DNA of 64,000 bases, taken from NCBI RefSeq assembly GCF_006345805.1, contig NC_043010.1:67270001-67334000 (forward strand), written 5' to 3'. Position numbers and translations under genes: made by a program. Every line of letters begins with the position of its first letter. Within the stretch, counting starts at the first letter, position 1. The notes beneath the pieces were generated by a model. It did not search any database and was not told the DNA's origin. It saw nothing but the letters and a program-made list of their open reading frames with translations. This DNA is from Octopus sinensis (lineage: Eukaryota). Below, one piece after another: positions 1 to 11,481 of the stretch.

Positions 1-150
1 ACCACCACTATCACTTAACAAATGGAGTCAGTGTGTTTATATCCCTGTAACTTAGCAGTCGATTCACTTGACTAAACCTTCCTCAAGGTTGTGCTCCAGG
101 ATGGCCACAGTCTAATGACTGAATCAAATAAAAGATAAAAGAGAAATAAA
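1..150 (+). mobile_element. 3' half of a diverged SINE family A copy
   Basis: gtgtttatatccctgtaacttagc...tgctccaggatggccacagtctaatgactgaatcaaataaaagataaaagag matches the 3' half of the family A copies at 22521 and 57018. Confidence 0.55.
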
Positions 151-279
151 TTAATACCTCATTTAATTAATTGACTTTTTTTTTTATCGAGCTCTGGAAA
201 ATGGGAAGTGAAGTTAATTACAATTGTACATTAAACTGGCTTTTTTTTTGTTACTTTTTTTTTATATCACCAACATGCT

Positions 280-736
280 AAGACCCGACAAATAATGTGA
301 GTTCATGGTTGTTTCCTGCACCAGCTTCACATAGCAGCCCCAGCCCATCCAAAGTCCCTTGGATTGCAGAATGACCTGCTGTGCTTACCTTGGATCATAG
401 GGTGACCTGCTGTGCTTGAGGAGACCTATTGAGTCAAGTACATCAACATCAAAATAAATATCAAATAGAAATTGTAGTTGTGATACCTGTGCTGGTGGCA
501 CGTAAAAAGCACCATCCGATTGTGGCCGCTGCCAGCCTCCCCTGGCACCTGTGCCGGTAGCATGTAAAAAGCATCCACTACACTCACGGAGTGGTTGGCA
601 TTAGGAAGGGCATCCAGCTGTAGAAACACAGCCAGATCAAACTGGAGCCTGGTGCAGCCTCCTGGCTTCCCAGACCCCGGTCGAACCGTCCAACCTGTGC
701 TAGCACAGAAAACAGGTGTTAAACGATGATGATGAT
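280..736 (+). mobile_element. RTE-type LINE 3' UTR remnant
   Basis: Colinear with 16455-16935, which begins in an RTE ORF C-terminus; contains ggtggcacgtaaaaagcacc modules and ggcattaggaagggcatccagc; ends in a (GAT)n tail. Confidence 0.75.
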
Positions 737-1205
737 TATGACTCGCCATAACAAGCAAAAACCTTTTACCTTGGCAGGATTTTAAACCAGAATCCATACT
801 AAGAGGAAGTATATGGGGAAGGGAGGTGGGTGGGTGGCATGATGCCAGGTGTTGAAAGGGTAAAAGTGTGGTGGAGGGACAAGCACAGGTGTTTTGCTAT
901 GGAGGAGGTACACGGCTGAAGGAGATAAGAAGAAGGTAGTGTTGGGGTACAAGAGCAAACTCTCAAGGAACAAGAAGGTGAGCATAAGAGAGGACACAGA
1001 CGATGGACCATGGGAGGGGATGGGAGAGTGGATGCTTACATAAGAGTGTGAGGGGAGAGTAAACAGGTGGAGGTAGAGGTTAATGCTGTGAGTGATGAAT
1101 AAAGGTGTGGGTGCTGATGATGGGAAACTCCTGTATGTGGAGGGATAAGGTGGGAGATAAAGGGAGTGGTTCAGAAAGGAAAGGAGGGGAATGATGATGT
1201 GTGAA

Positions 1206-1337
1206 GGAGCATGGCTTAGTGGTTAGGATATTCAGCCTATGATCGTAAGGTCGTGAGTTCAATTCCCGGTGACGCATTGTGTCCTTGAGCAAGGCACTTT
1301 ATTTCATGTTGCTCCAGTCCACTCAGCTGGCAAAAAC
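1206..1337 (+). mobile_element. tRNA-derived SINE head with CORE-like segment (family D)
   Basis: A-box tggcttagtgg (1212-1222), B-box gagttcaattcc (1255-1266), then gtgtccttgagcaaggcacttt resembling the CORE-SINE domain. Confidence 0.65.
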
Positions 1338-1371
1338 AAGAGAAAAGAAAGAATAGTTTTATTATTATTCA

Positions 1372-1435
1372 GGTCACTGCCTGGAAATGAACTCGGAATC
1401 TTGGGGTTAGTAGCCCGCACTCTTAACCACTACGC
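1372..1435 (-). mobile_element. tRNA-like Pol III head, inverted relative to the adjacent hammerhead block
   Basis: Minus strand gcgtagtggttaagagtgcgggctactaaccccaagattccgagttcatttccaggcagtgacc followed by (AAT)n; second copy at 24940-25012. Confidence 0.7.
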
Positions 1436-1454
1436 ATAACAACAACAACAACAA

Positions 1455-1625
1455 TGAAAAATAACTTAGGAATGAGAACCTAGGTTCGAAATTCCCCAAG
1501 ACACCTGATGAAGGCTGGAGGGTATATCAGCTGAAACGTTGTGTTAACAATAAACAAGATGAGGACAAATATCCGTCAAATGTAAATAATGTACATAATT
1601 CTTCATCTCTTAAATATAGAACTGT
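1455..1625 (+). mobile_element. Penelope-like pseudo-LTR / retrozyme-like block carrying a hammerhead motif
   Basis: Contains the hammerhead core below, followed by aataaa (1549-1554); its segment acaaatatccgtcaaatgtaaa recurs at ~15930-15951, so it is repetitive. Confidence 0.6.
1500..1545 (+). ncRNA. Minimal type I hammerhead ribozyme motif
   Basis: Stem I gacac/gtgtt (1500-1504/1541-1545); core ctgatga (1505-1511); stem II ag(g)ctg/cagct; gaaa (1533-1536); palindromic stem III acgt; cleavage triplet GUU ending at 1540. Confidence 0.7.
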
Positions 1626-1629
1626 AACA

Positions 1630-2095
1630 TTTAATGACCCTTTATTCAAGGTTTTGCGTCCCTATCTGAAAACCCTTCTCTGTATCTTCAACACATTCTG
1701 TTCTTAGTCCTAAGCCATCAGTACACAAGAGTCCCCATATACAGTCAGTCTTAATATCCCCTTTTATGGGCTGGAGGAATATAACAAATAAGATGGGGCC
1801 GAGAACTGATCCCTAACGGACCCTACCTGCATGCTAAATTCATTACTAAACTCATTGCTGACTCTCACCTTGCTGGCTGCATCTTAGTACATGGTTCATA
1901 TGGCCCCATGGTATGTAATGTGGTAGTCCTTATCAGCCACCAAATTAAAGAACATGGAATCCTGACAAAGGCCTTTTACAGGTCGATTAATGTTAGGTGC
2001 TGAGGTTTCCACCTAGCAAACTACATCTCTTGCCATTGTCTCACTAGGAAGATGGCATCGATAGTGGCTCCACCTGGCTCCGAGCCAAACTGCAT
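1630..2095 (-). mobile_element. Decayed RTE-clade reverse transcriptase fragment
   Basis: Manual translation across stops and frameshifts gives TIDAIFLVRQWQE, LIDL*KAFVRIP..LIWW, KVRVSNEFS, GSVLGPILFVI, matching non-LTR RT motifs. Confidence 0.7.
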
Positions 2096-2199
2096 CGCAC
2101 CTAGGCTAATTCTGTTCCAAATCAATTGAGCTGTAATTCTCTATATTTATCTTGTGCTGTAAATTTGTATACATGCATACATCATTTTTATATGCATGT

Positions 2200-2339
2200 A
2201 TGTAAGTGTGTGAGTGTGTATGCATGTATGCATATATATACATATATATATATATGTATGTATGTATGTATGTATATATATATGTATATATATATATACA
2301 TGTATATGCATACACACACACATGCACAGACATGTATGT

Positions 2340-2390
<51 letters not shown>

Positions 2391-2470
2391 CATTGATCTA
2401 TATACATATACATACATATGCATATGTGTGTGAGTGTATGTGAGCGTGTGTCTAAATCTGTCTGTGTGTG

Positions 2471-2517
<47 letters not shown>

Positions 2518-2580
2518 GTATAGGTTTATATTTGGCATGCTCATATCAAAAACACACACACAAAAACATATACAAACATA
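2200..2580. repeat. (TA)n/(TG)n/(TATG)n microsatellite tract
   Basis: Direct inspection; source of spurious YI/HT-repeat ORFs. Confidence 0.9.
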
Positions 2581-2844
2581 CATATACATAACAGAAGAAA
2601 TTGGTCTCTGTCAATTTTGACAACAAGTAATTCCACTTGTCCAATCAACAGAACTGCCTGTTCATTGAATTACATAGCATAAATTCCCGAGTGCTCCTCA
2701 GCCTTCTGTACCCTTAATTAATCCCTCCTTCATTCCTTCCTTCCTCTGACTGTGTGGCCATCAGGATATCCATTGATGATGTCGCAACCAGATTTTCTGC
2801 ATCTCTTGGTCTTCTTCTGCCCTCTGTGAATTGGAGAAATTGAA

Positions 2845-3085
2845 GCCCATCCACACTTTGATATATTTTTCTACTCTAGGCACAAGGCCCAAATTTTGGG
2901 GAGGGGGCCAGTCAATTAGATCGACCCCAATATGCAACTGGTACTTAATTTATCAACCCCGAAAAGATGAAAGTCAAAGTCGACCTTGGCAGAATTTGAA
3001 CTCAGAACGTAAAGACGGACAAAATACCACTAAGCATTTTGCCCTGTGTGCTAATGTTTCTGCCAGCTCCCTGCCTTTAACTCTT
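2845..3085 (-). mobile_element. SINE family B
   Basis: Reverse complement of the gagctggcagaa...ttctgagttcaaattc...gactttgcctttcatcctttcggggtcgat family seen at 10253, 52099 and 60686. Confidence 0.75.
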
Positions 3086-3499
3086 TGATATTAACCCAGG
3101 TAACGGGTTAATACTAATGTGGGGGGGGGGGTAAGTTTTACTTTATAGGCTACTTTATCAAATCTAAGAGAAGACCAAGTGTAGTATCCTTTATGGATAG
3201 AGCAAAATATCTAAATAACAGAAATGATCAGTGAAAAGCAGTGTCGTTTTTGAAAAATTCTCAGTTACAACTGTGATGTCATTGATAAAACATGTTCTTT
3301 GTCTATCTCCTTATCCTCTTGGTGATTTTGGATAAAATTATACAAATGAATCCTATGAATTTAACTAAATTCTATATTTTCATGCAGCTGAAGATTGCGC
3401 TACGTTTTAAATTGATGTAATGCTTGCATTGTTCAATTAAATGGAGTCGCATGAAACGATCGTACTGCATTACCTCTGGATATCCTTGTTGCTTATTTT

Positions 3500-3990
3500 G
3501 ATATATATATATACATATATATATACATGTATGTATGTATATATATATATATATATATACATATATACATATATATGTACATACATACACATGCAGGAAA
3601 ATGGACATATATGCACATTCATACATGCACACATTTATAGAAACGCGCACACATACATATACATACGCAAGCACTTGTGCACAGGAAAATACACATACAT
3701 ACCACACGTACATACATGCACACATACATGCATGCACATTACATGTATACAGATACATACATGCACATACATATACATACATACATGCACACACATACAT
3801 ACGTACATTCATATAAGCATACATACATTCATACATACATACACACAGACATACATACATGCATACGTGCATTCACACCTATATAGGAACACACATGTAC
3901 ATACATACACATACATACGTACATTCACAACACACACATACACCATACACACACATGCATGCATACACATGTACACACACACACACATAC
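3500..3990. repeat. (TA)n/(CATA)n microsatellite tract
   Basis: Direct inspection. Confidence 0.9.
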
Positions 3991-4299
3991 CACGGTGATT
4001 CTGCAAGACTGTACGAAGCTCAGTCTCACTTGAACCACAAATCAATCAGGCTTTATAAAAAGATTTCAGCTAAGAACTGCTCAATACTTGGCATGTTTCA
4101 CTATGGAGTCAGATTGGGGGGGGGGGGGCGAGTAGGAATGGACTGTGGAAGTAAGGAAACCGGGGGGCGGGGAGGGTTAGGATGGAGAAGAGACGGAGTG
4201 TAAATGGTATGGATGGTGGTGATCTTGATGTGCTGGTGGTGGTGGTGGTCTTTTATGTATTGTTGTCAAGTGTTTCGTTTTAGCTTGTTTTCTGTGGGC

Positions 4300-4521
4300 A
4301 AAGCTATGTGTATATTCAAGTGTGTACATGTGTGAAAGTGCATATACATGCAGATGTATACACTCACAGGTATACATGCACATACACATACATGTGTACA
4401 TGCACACATATATTCTATATATATACATATTTCCTTATATGCACATAACATAAACATGTATACATACATACATACACGCCTATAACATTCATATACAAAT
4501 ACCTACATACATATATATATG

Positions 4522-4598
<77 letters not shown>

Positions 4599-4599
4599 C

Positions 4600-4663
<64 letters not shown>

Positions 4664-4740
4664 TACATACACACACACACACACCTATATATATATGAGT
4701 ACATGTATACATACATAAGTACATACATACACACACACAC
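4300..4740. repeat. (TA)n/(CA)n microsatellite tract
   Basis: Direct inspection. Confidence 0.9.
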
Positions 4741-4990
4741 ATTTATTTATTCAGATTATGGGCCACAAAAGACTAGAAGAAGGGGCAGATCTCGTGCCCT
4801 TTGAGGCCCTTCTAAACCAGTGACATTGATGCCATTAATGTTCTGCTTGAATCTTTGGAAGTTAACATCTGCAGGAAAGACATGAGCATGAAAGGAGTTC
4901 CAGAGGGACAATGTTCTGGAAAGGAAGGACCAGGAAAAGGATGTAAACATTGATGAGAAAACTATAAACCAATGGTGGGATATCATTTTG
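4741..4990 (-). mobile_element. CR1/L2-group LINE 3' end
   Basis: ORF 4756-4986 contains SFLSRTLSLWNSFHAHVFPADVNFQRFKQNIN, typical of the CR1/L2 ORF2 C-terminus; (AAAT)n tail on the minus strand. Confidence 0.65.
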
Positions 4991-4992
4991 TC

Positions 4993-5363
4993 TGAAGTGG
5001 TGATAAAGGATCTACAGACTTTGGGACTGACAGAAGGGATGACAGGGGTCCGAGACTCCTGGTGGTTCGCTGTGCTTGAAAAGACGTGTCAAGCTAAGTT
5101 AAAGTGTGGTTGTCCTTGCATACAGGATCATCCCCTGCAACCCTTTTCAGTTGAGCATCCCTAATCTCGTGGGCAAGTAGGGGTTGGTGCCATGTAAAAA
5201 GCTCCTGTGTTGGTGCTGCGTAAAAGCACCCAGTACACTCTGTAAAGTGGTTGGTGTTAGGAAGGGCATCCAGCCAAAACAGACAGGGAGCCTGAACGAC
5301 CCTTCAGCTGGTTGGCTCCTGTGAAACTGTCCGACCCATGCCTGCATGGAAAACGGACTTTAA
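4993..5363 (+). mobile_element. RTE LINE 3' end (ORF C-terminus plus UTR)
   Basis: EVVIKDLQTLGLTEGMT.VRDSWWFAVLEKT, then gttaggaagggcatccagc and aacccatg-like terminus before (GAT)n. Confidence 0.7.
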
Positions 5364-5405
<42 letters not shown>

Positions 5406-5495
5406 GTGATGGTGATGGTGATGATGATGATGGTGATGATGATGATGGTGATGATGATGATGATGATGATGGTGATGGTGATGATGATGATGGTG

Positions 5496-5555
<60 letters not shown>

Positions 5556-5574
5556 ATGATGGTGATGATGATGG

Positions 5575-5645
<71 letters not shown>

Positions 5646-5672
5646 GTGGTGATGGTGATGATGATGATGGTG

Positions 5673-5704
<32 letters not shown>

Positions 5705-5772
5705 GGTGGTGGTGGTGATGATGGTGATGATGATGGTGGTGATGATGATGATGATGATGATGGTGATGATGC
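5364..5772. repeat. (GAT/GGT)n trinucleotide array, expanded RTE tail
   Basis: Direct inspection; source of poly-H/D/M ORFs. Confidence 0.95.
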
Positions 5773-6134
5773 ATGACTTGCAATGGGACTGAACCCAAGA
5801 CCACATGGTTGGGGAAGCAAACTTCTTAACCACTCAGCAACACTTGTGCCTAGTCAAAGACATTTGTATAAGAGAAGCCATAGTCAGCCCACTCACTGTA
5901 GCCATCCCTATGTACCTCTCACTTGTATCTTTGTCACTGTGCATCACTTTGCGCATCTCCCCTTATTTTCTCATCTATCCTCCTTACTGAACCAACTCTT
6001 AACTCTCTCACTTTACTTTAACCTTCCCCTCACCACACTCCGTACTGATATTTCCCATCCACCACACCTCCACCCTAGCTCCTCATTCACTACATTCATC
6101 CCTATCCCTTCCCCATCTGCTCATCCTAATTCTT

Positions 6135-6770
6135 TATTGCCCACAAGGGGCTAAACATAGAGGGGACAAACAAAGGGATTAAGTTGTTTGTCCCACATAG
6201 AGGGGACAAACAAGGAGAGACAAAGGTACTGAGTCGATTACATTGACCCCAGTGCATAACTGGTACTTATTTAATTGATACCGAAAGGATGAAAGGCAAA
6301 GATGACCTTGGCGGAATTCGAACTCAGAACGTAAGAGCAGATGAAATACTTGTTTCTTTACTACCCACAAGAGGCTAAACATAGAGGGGACAAACAAGGA
6401 CATACAAATGGATTAAGTCAATTATATCGACCTCAATGCATAAGTGGTATGTATTAAATCGACCCCAAAAGGATGAAAGGCAAAGTCAACCTCGGCGGAA
6501 TTTGAACTCGGAACATAATGGCAGACAAAATACCTGTTTCTTTACTACTCACAAGGGGCCAAACATAGAGGGGACAAACAAGGACAGACAAACGAATTAA
6601 GTCAATTATATTGACCCCAGTGTGTAACTAGTACTTATTTAATCGACCCCGAAAGGATGAAAGACAAAGTCGACCTCGACGGTATTTGAACTCAGAATGT
6701 AGTGGCAGCCGAAATACCGCTAAGCATTTCACCCAGCATGCTAACGATTCTGCCAGCTTGCCACCTTCTG
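6135..6770 (-). mobile_element. SINE family B multimer with three tandem internal modules
   Basis: cccacaag(g)ggctaaacatagaggggacaaacaagg...aaaggatgaaag(g)caaag repeated at ~6140, ~6365 and ~6550; head at ~6700-6765. Confidence 0.75.
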
Positions 6771-7395
6771 CTCATCTGTCACCCTCATACCTGTATGAAA
6801 TTACCCAGCCTCTCCTCCCCCACCTCCTTGATCCACTACCCATGTTTTCTCTGATGCTCTTTTTCTCGTACCTTGAGTTACTCTGACATCTTGTCATAAT
6901 CTCTATCTTCTTTCATGCTTCTTCTATCCACCCTTATAAAATGCAGGGTAGCCATGTATCTTCTTTTTTACCAAGAGAAGTGTACACATCTTTTTGTCAT
7001 ACTTTTAGCCTCACAAAACCTGGCATAAAGCCACAACCTCCTCTCCCATACACATTCCCTACTCTGACAAGGGGTCTTTTATTACCTTTCTTCTCTTGCC
7101 TTGCAAGTAACTTGGCGACCTTGCTACTGAGGGTACCCTGAAAAAATAAAAGTACCCATAATACACTGTAAAATGGATGGTGTTAGGAAGTGAATCCAGC
7201 CATGGAAACCATACCAACACTGACATTAACACAGATCTGTAGTTCATCAGATCCTGTTAAACTATCCAATCTGAAACCGGCATCGAAAACAGATGTTAAA
7301 AGATGATGATAATGATGATGATGATGATGTTGATATATACATATATATATATATATATAGATCGATAGATAGACAGATATACATACATTCATATA

Positions 7396-7776
7396 TTACT
7401 CTTTTACTTGTTTCAGTCATTTGACTGCGGCCATGCTGGAGCACCACCTTTAGTCGAGCAAATCAACCCCAGGACTTATTCTTTGTAAGCCCTAGTATTA
7501 TTCTATTGGTCTCTTTTACCGAACCGCTAAGTTACGGGGACGTAAACACACCAGCATCAGTTGTCAAGCGATGTTGGGGACACACACACATATATATATA
7601 TACATACATATATGCGACGGGCTTCTTTCAGTTTCCGTCTACCAAATCCACTCACAAGTCTTTGGTCGGCCCGAAGCTATAGTAGAAGATACTTGCCCAA
7701 AGTGCCACACAGTGGGACTGAACCCGGAACCATGTGGTTGGTAAGCAAGCTACTTACCACACAGCCACTCCTGCCC
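7396..7776 (-). mobile_element. SINE family A (tRNA head plus CORE-like ccttgggcaagt)
   Basis: Full-length reverse-complement copy of 22521-22940 with internal (TA/CA)n. Confidence 0.85.
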
Positions 7777-7909
7777 TATATATACATATATATATATTTA
7801 TATATATATATAGACAGACAGGCATGCAGATAGACAGATAGATAGATATATAGATAGATATGTAGAGATATAGATAGAAATATAGATAGATAGATTAGAT
7901 AGATAGATA

Positions 7910-8094
7910 ATTTTCTTTATTAGCCACAGAGGGCTGCACACAGACGGGGCAAATTACAAAATAGAGCTTTTCTTTTTGGGGATGTAAAAAAAAAAAAGTG
8001 GTGTAGATTTTCAATCAAAAGGGATTGTAAAAGGAAAAAAAGAAAAAAAGGAAAAGAAACAAAAGAAAAGCAAAAAGAAAAAAGAAGAAAAAAC
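7910..8094 (-). mobile_element. Tx1/L1-like LINE 3' UTR fragment within (GATA)n (copy 1)
   Basis: ttctttattagccacagagggctgcacacag matches the 3' ends of the ORF-bearing copies at 28071 and 30187; GATA on both sides. Confidence 0.7.
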
Positions 8095-8113
8095 GATAGA
8101 TAGATAGATAGAT

Positions 8114-8158
<45 letters not shown>

Positions 8159-8232
8159 TAGATAGATAGATAGATAGATAGGTAGATAGATAGATAGATA
8201 GATAGATTAGATAGATAGATAGATAGATAGAT

Positions 8233-8269
<37 letters not shown>

Positions 8270-8289
8270 TAGATAGATAGATAGATAGA

Positions 8290-8359
<70 letters not shown>

Positions 8360-8585
8360 TAGATAGATAGATAAATAGATAGATAGATAGATTAGATAAT
8401 AGATAGATAGAAAGATAGATAGATAGATGATAGATAGATAGATATAGATAGATAGATTAGATAGATAGATAGATATAGATAGATAGATAGTAGATAGATA
8501 GATAAATAGATAGATAGATAGATATAGATAGATTAGATAGATAGATAGATAGAAAGATAGATAGATTAGATAGATAGATAGATAG

Positions 8586-8631
<46 letters not shown>

Positions 8632-8632
8632 T

Positions 8633-8666
<34 letters not shown>

Positions 8667-8667
8667 G

Positions 8668-8721
<54 letters not shown>

Positions 8722-8722
8722 G

Positions 8723-8773
<51 letters not shown>

Positions 8774-8780
8774 GATAGAC
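8095..8780. repeat. (GATA)n array
   Basis: Direct inspection; source of IYLS-repeat ORFs. Confidence 0.95.
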
Positions 8781-8783
8781 ATG

Positions 8784-9102
8784 TGTTGTACAGGATGTAC
8801 TTTTAAGTAACAGGGCAGTATACAAGAACTTAGAGAGATTTATAAATAACGGTAATCCTTTCCCTCTGCTAGCAGAGAGGGATAAGGCTCTCTCAGAATC
8901 GCAGAACCACACCAGCCAACTGTCCCGTCTACTCCGTCTCCTCTGTGCTGGTCTGTCTCGTTGTACCAGTTTCCAAATAAAAGAATGGATACAATAAAAT
9001 AACATGAAATCTTCCAATCAATAGCAATGTCAGAATAATATCTTCGTTTCTCTGCCTGTTTCGTTATAATCACCCTGACTCGTTATGTTGGTGAACGGAA
9101 CA
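8784..9102 (+). mobile_element. Possible solo LTR
   Basis: 319-bp non-repetitive block beginning tgttgta and ending ggaaca, with tataaata and two aataaa; no matching TSD and no second copy. Confidence 0.3.
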
Positions 9103-9304
9103 TAGTGGGCTTTCGTTACGTTTTTTGTTTTTTTTTAATGCAAATTTATATCAGGTTTTTTATTTGTTTTGTTTTATGTCTAAACGTTTGAGAAGATTTA
9201 TTGTTAATAAGATTATATTTATTTATTTCATCATCATCATCATCATCATCATCATTATCATTTAACGTCGGCTTTCCATGCTGGCATGGGTTAGACGGTT
9301 ATTT

Positions 9305-9334
<30 letters not shown>

Positions 9335-9337
<3 letters not shown>

Positions 9338-9870
9338 GTTTAACGTCCGTTTTCCAAGCTAGCACGGGTTGGACGGTTCGACCAGGGTCTGGGAAGCTAG
9401 GGGCTGCACCAGGCTCCAGTCTGATCTGGCAGTGTTTCTACAGCTGGATTGCCTTCCTAACGCCAACCACTCCGCGAGTGTAGTGGGTGCTTTTTACATA
9501 CCACCTGCACAGGTGCCAGGGGAGTCCGGCATCAGCAACGATCGGTTGGTGCTTTTAACGTGCCACCGGCACGGAAGCCAGCCAAGGCGGCGCTAGCATC
9601 GGCCATGTTTGGATGGTGCTTTTTATGTGCCACCAGCACAGAAGCCAGTCAAGGCAGCGCTGGCAACAGCCACGTCCGGATGGTGCTTTTGGCATCGGCC
9701 ACATTCGGATGGTGCTTTTTATGTGCCACCGGCACAGAAGCCAGTTGGGGCGGCGCTGGCAACGGCCACATTCGGATGGTGCTTTTTATGTGCCACTGGC
9801 ACAGGTATCACAACTACTATTTCCATTGATATTTATTTCGATGTTCATGTACTTGACTCAACAGGTCTCC
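9335..9870 (-). mobile_element. RTE LINE 3' UTR remnant with 5-6 internal modules
   Basis: Reverse complement of the 280-736 family; repeated ggtgcttttta(t/c)gtgccacc. Confidence 0.8.
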
Positions 9871-9889
9871 ATTATTATTATTATTATTA

Positions 9890-10190
9890 TGGAGACGTAA
9901 TGGCCCAGTGGTTAGGGCAGCAGACTCGCGGTGAGAGGATCGCAGTTTCGATTCCCAGACCGGGCATTATGTGTGTTTATTGAGCGAAAACACCTAAAAG
10001 CTCCACGAGGCTCCGGCAGGGGGTGGTGACAACCCCTGTTGTACCTTTTCGCCCCAACTTTCTCTCACTCTTTCTTCCTGTTTCTTGAGTAATGCTGGTG
10101 TCCTGTCCAGCTGGGGGGAACACATACGCCACAGAAACCGGGAACCCAGGCCCATGAGCCAGGCTAGGCTTGAAAAGGGCACATAAATAA
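9890..10190 (+). mobile_element. SINE family C, body type 1 (V-SINE-like)
   Basis: A-box tggcccagtgg, B-box gtttcgattcc; body gtcctgtccagctggggggaacacatacgccacagaaaccggg; second copy at 42895. Confidence 0.75.
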
Positions 10191-10252
10191 ATAAATTATT
10201 ATTATCATTATTATTATTATTATCATTATTATTATTATTATTATTATTATTA

Positions 10253-10465
10253 AGGTGGCGAGCTGGCAGAATCGTTAGCATGCTGGGTGAAACGCTTAGC
10301 AGTATTTCGTCCGTCGCTACATTCTGAGTTAAAATTCTGCTGAGGTTGACTTTGCCTTTCATCCTTTCATGGTTGATAAAATAAGTATCAGTCAAGTGCT
10401 GGGGGTCGATGTAATCGACTAGTTCCCTCCACCCAAATTTGATCCTTGTGTCTCCAGTAGAGAGG
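10253..10465 (+). mobile_element. SINE family B
   Basis: ggcgagctggcagaatcgttagc...gagttaaaattc...gactttgcctttcatcc. Confidence 0.8.
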
Positions 10466-10659
10466 ATTGTTATTGTTATTATTATTATTATCATCATCAT
10501 CATCATCATTAGGCCTGAAATTTTTGTGGGGAGAGCACCAGTTAATTAGATCGACTCCAGTATGCAACTGGTACTTAATTTATCGACTCCCAAAAAGATG
10601 GAAGGCAAAGTCGACCTCAGTGGAATTTGAACTCAGAATGTGTGCTAATGTTTCTGCCA

Positions 10660-10791
10660 GCTTACCTTATTATTATTATTATTATAATATATCATTATTA
10701 TTATTATTATTATTATTATTTTATTATTATATTATTATATCATTATTATTATTATTATTATATCATTATTATTATTATTATTATTATAATA

Positions 10792-10888
<97 letters not shown>

Positions 10889-10890
10889 GT
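10660..10890. repeat. (TAT)n array
   Basis: Direct inspection. Confidence 0.95.
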
Positions 10891-10899
10891 TCTTGAAGG

Positions 10900-11110
10900 A
10901 GGTGAGCTGGCAGAATTGTTAGGAGACTGGGAGAAATGCTTAGTGGTATTTCGTCTGTTGCTACGCTCTGAGTTCAAATTCCACCGAGGTTTATTTTGCC
11001 TTTGCAACCTTTCGGGATCGATAAAATAAGTACCAGTTGAACAATGGGGTCAATGTAATAGACTCATCCCTTCCCCCAAAGTGGCTGCTCTTGTGACAAA
11101 GCTTGAAACC
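10900..11110 (+). mobile_element. SINE family B
   Basis: ggtgagctggcagaattgttagg...gagttcaaattccaccgagg. Confidence 0.75.
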
Positions 11111-11111
11111 A

Positions 11112-11481
11112 TTATTACCTCCGCCTTAGCGAAGGCAGAGGTATTGTTTTCAGTCGTGTTAGTTTGTTTGTCCATGAACAAGATATCTCAAGAACCGCTG
11201 GATGAATTCAGATGAAACTTTTAGGAATGTTTGGCCTCATGACTGGCATGAACTGATTAGATTTTGGGATTGATTGGGTACTGGATAAAGATTCTGGATT
11301 ATTTTTCCTGTTTGTTTACTTAATTCTTGAGAGCGGTCGGGCATCATTTTTAGTATTCTCGTTTGTGAGAGCAGTCGAGTTTATTTCAGATATTCTCATT
11401 TTAAAGATCATCTCTGGTTAATCATTGAGAGGACATTGGTGTTGCCTTGGTAGAAGTTTGCGCTCTCTGAGTGCTTTTGTT
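11112..11481 (+). mobile_element. Non-autonomous Helentron/DINE-1-like element
   Basis: Starts ttattacctccgcc with a 12-bp stem tacctccgcctt/aaggcagaggta (11116-11143), then gtttgtttgtcc; ends gtagaagtttgcgctctctgagtgcttttgt, a degenerate subterminal inverted repeat. Confidence 0.6.

Noticed and set aside
650-672. gcc-tcct-ggc resembling the HDV ribozyme P3/L3 in the RTE UTR
   Set aside because: The loop is too short and P1, P1.1 and P2 could not be assembled.
5257-5833. Poly-His/Asp/Met/Ser ORFs (also 23773-25856)
   Set aside because: Translations of (GAT/GGT)n arrays that lack stops in several frames; not genes.
8207-9017. IYLS-repeat ORFs (also 26069-29565)
   Set aside because: Translations of (GATA)n; only the non-repetitive C-terminal part of 28528-29565 is real (Tx1 ORF2 remnant).
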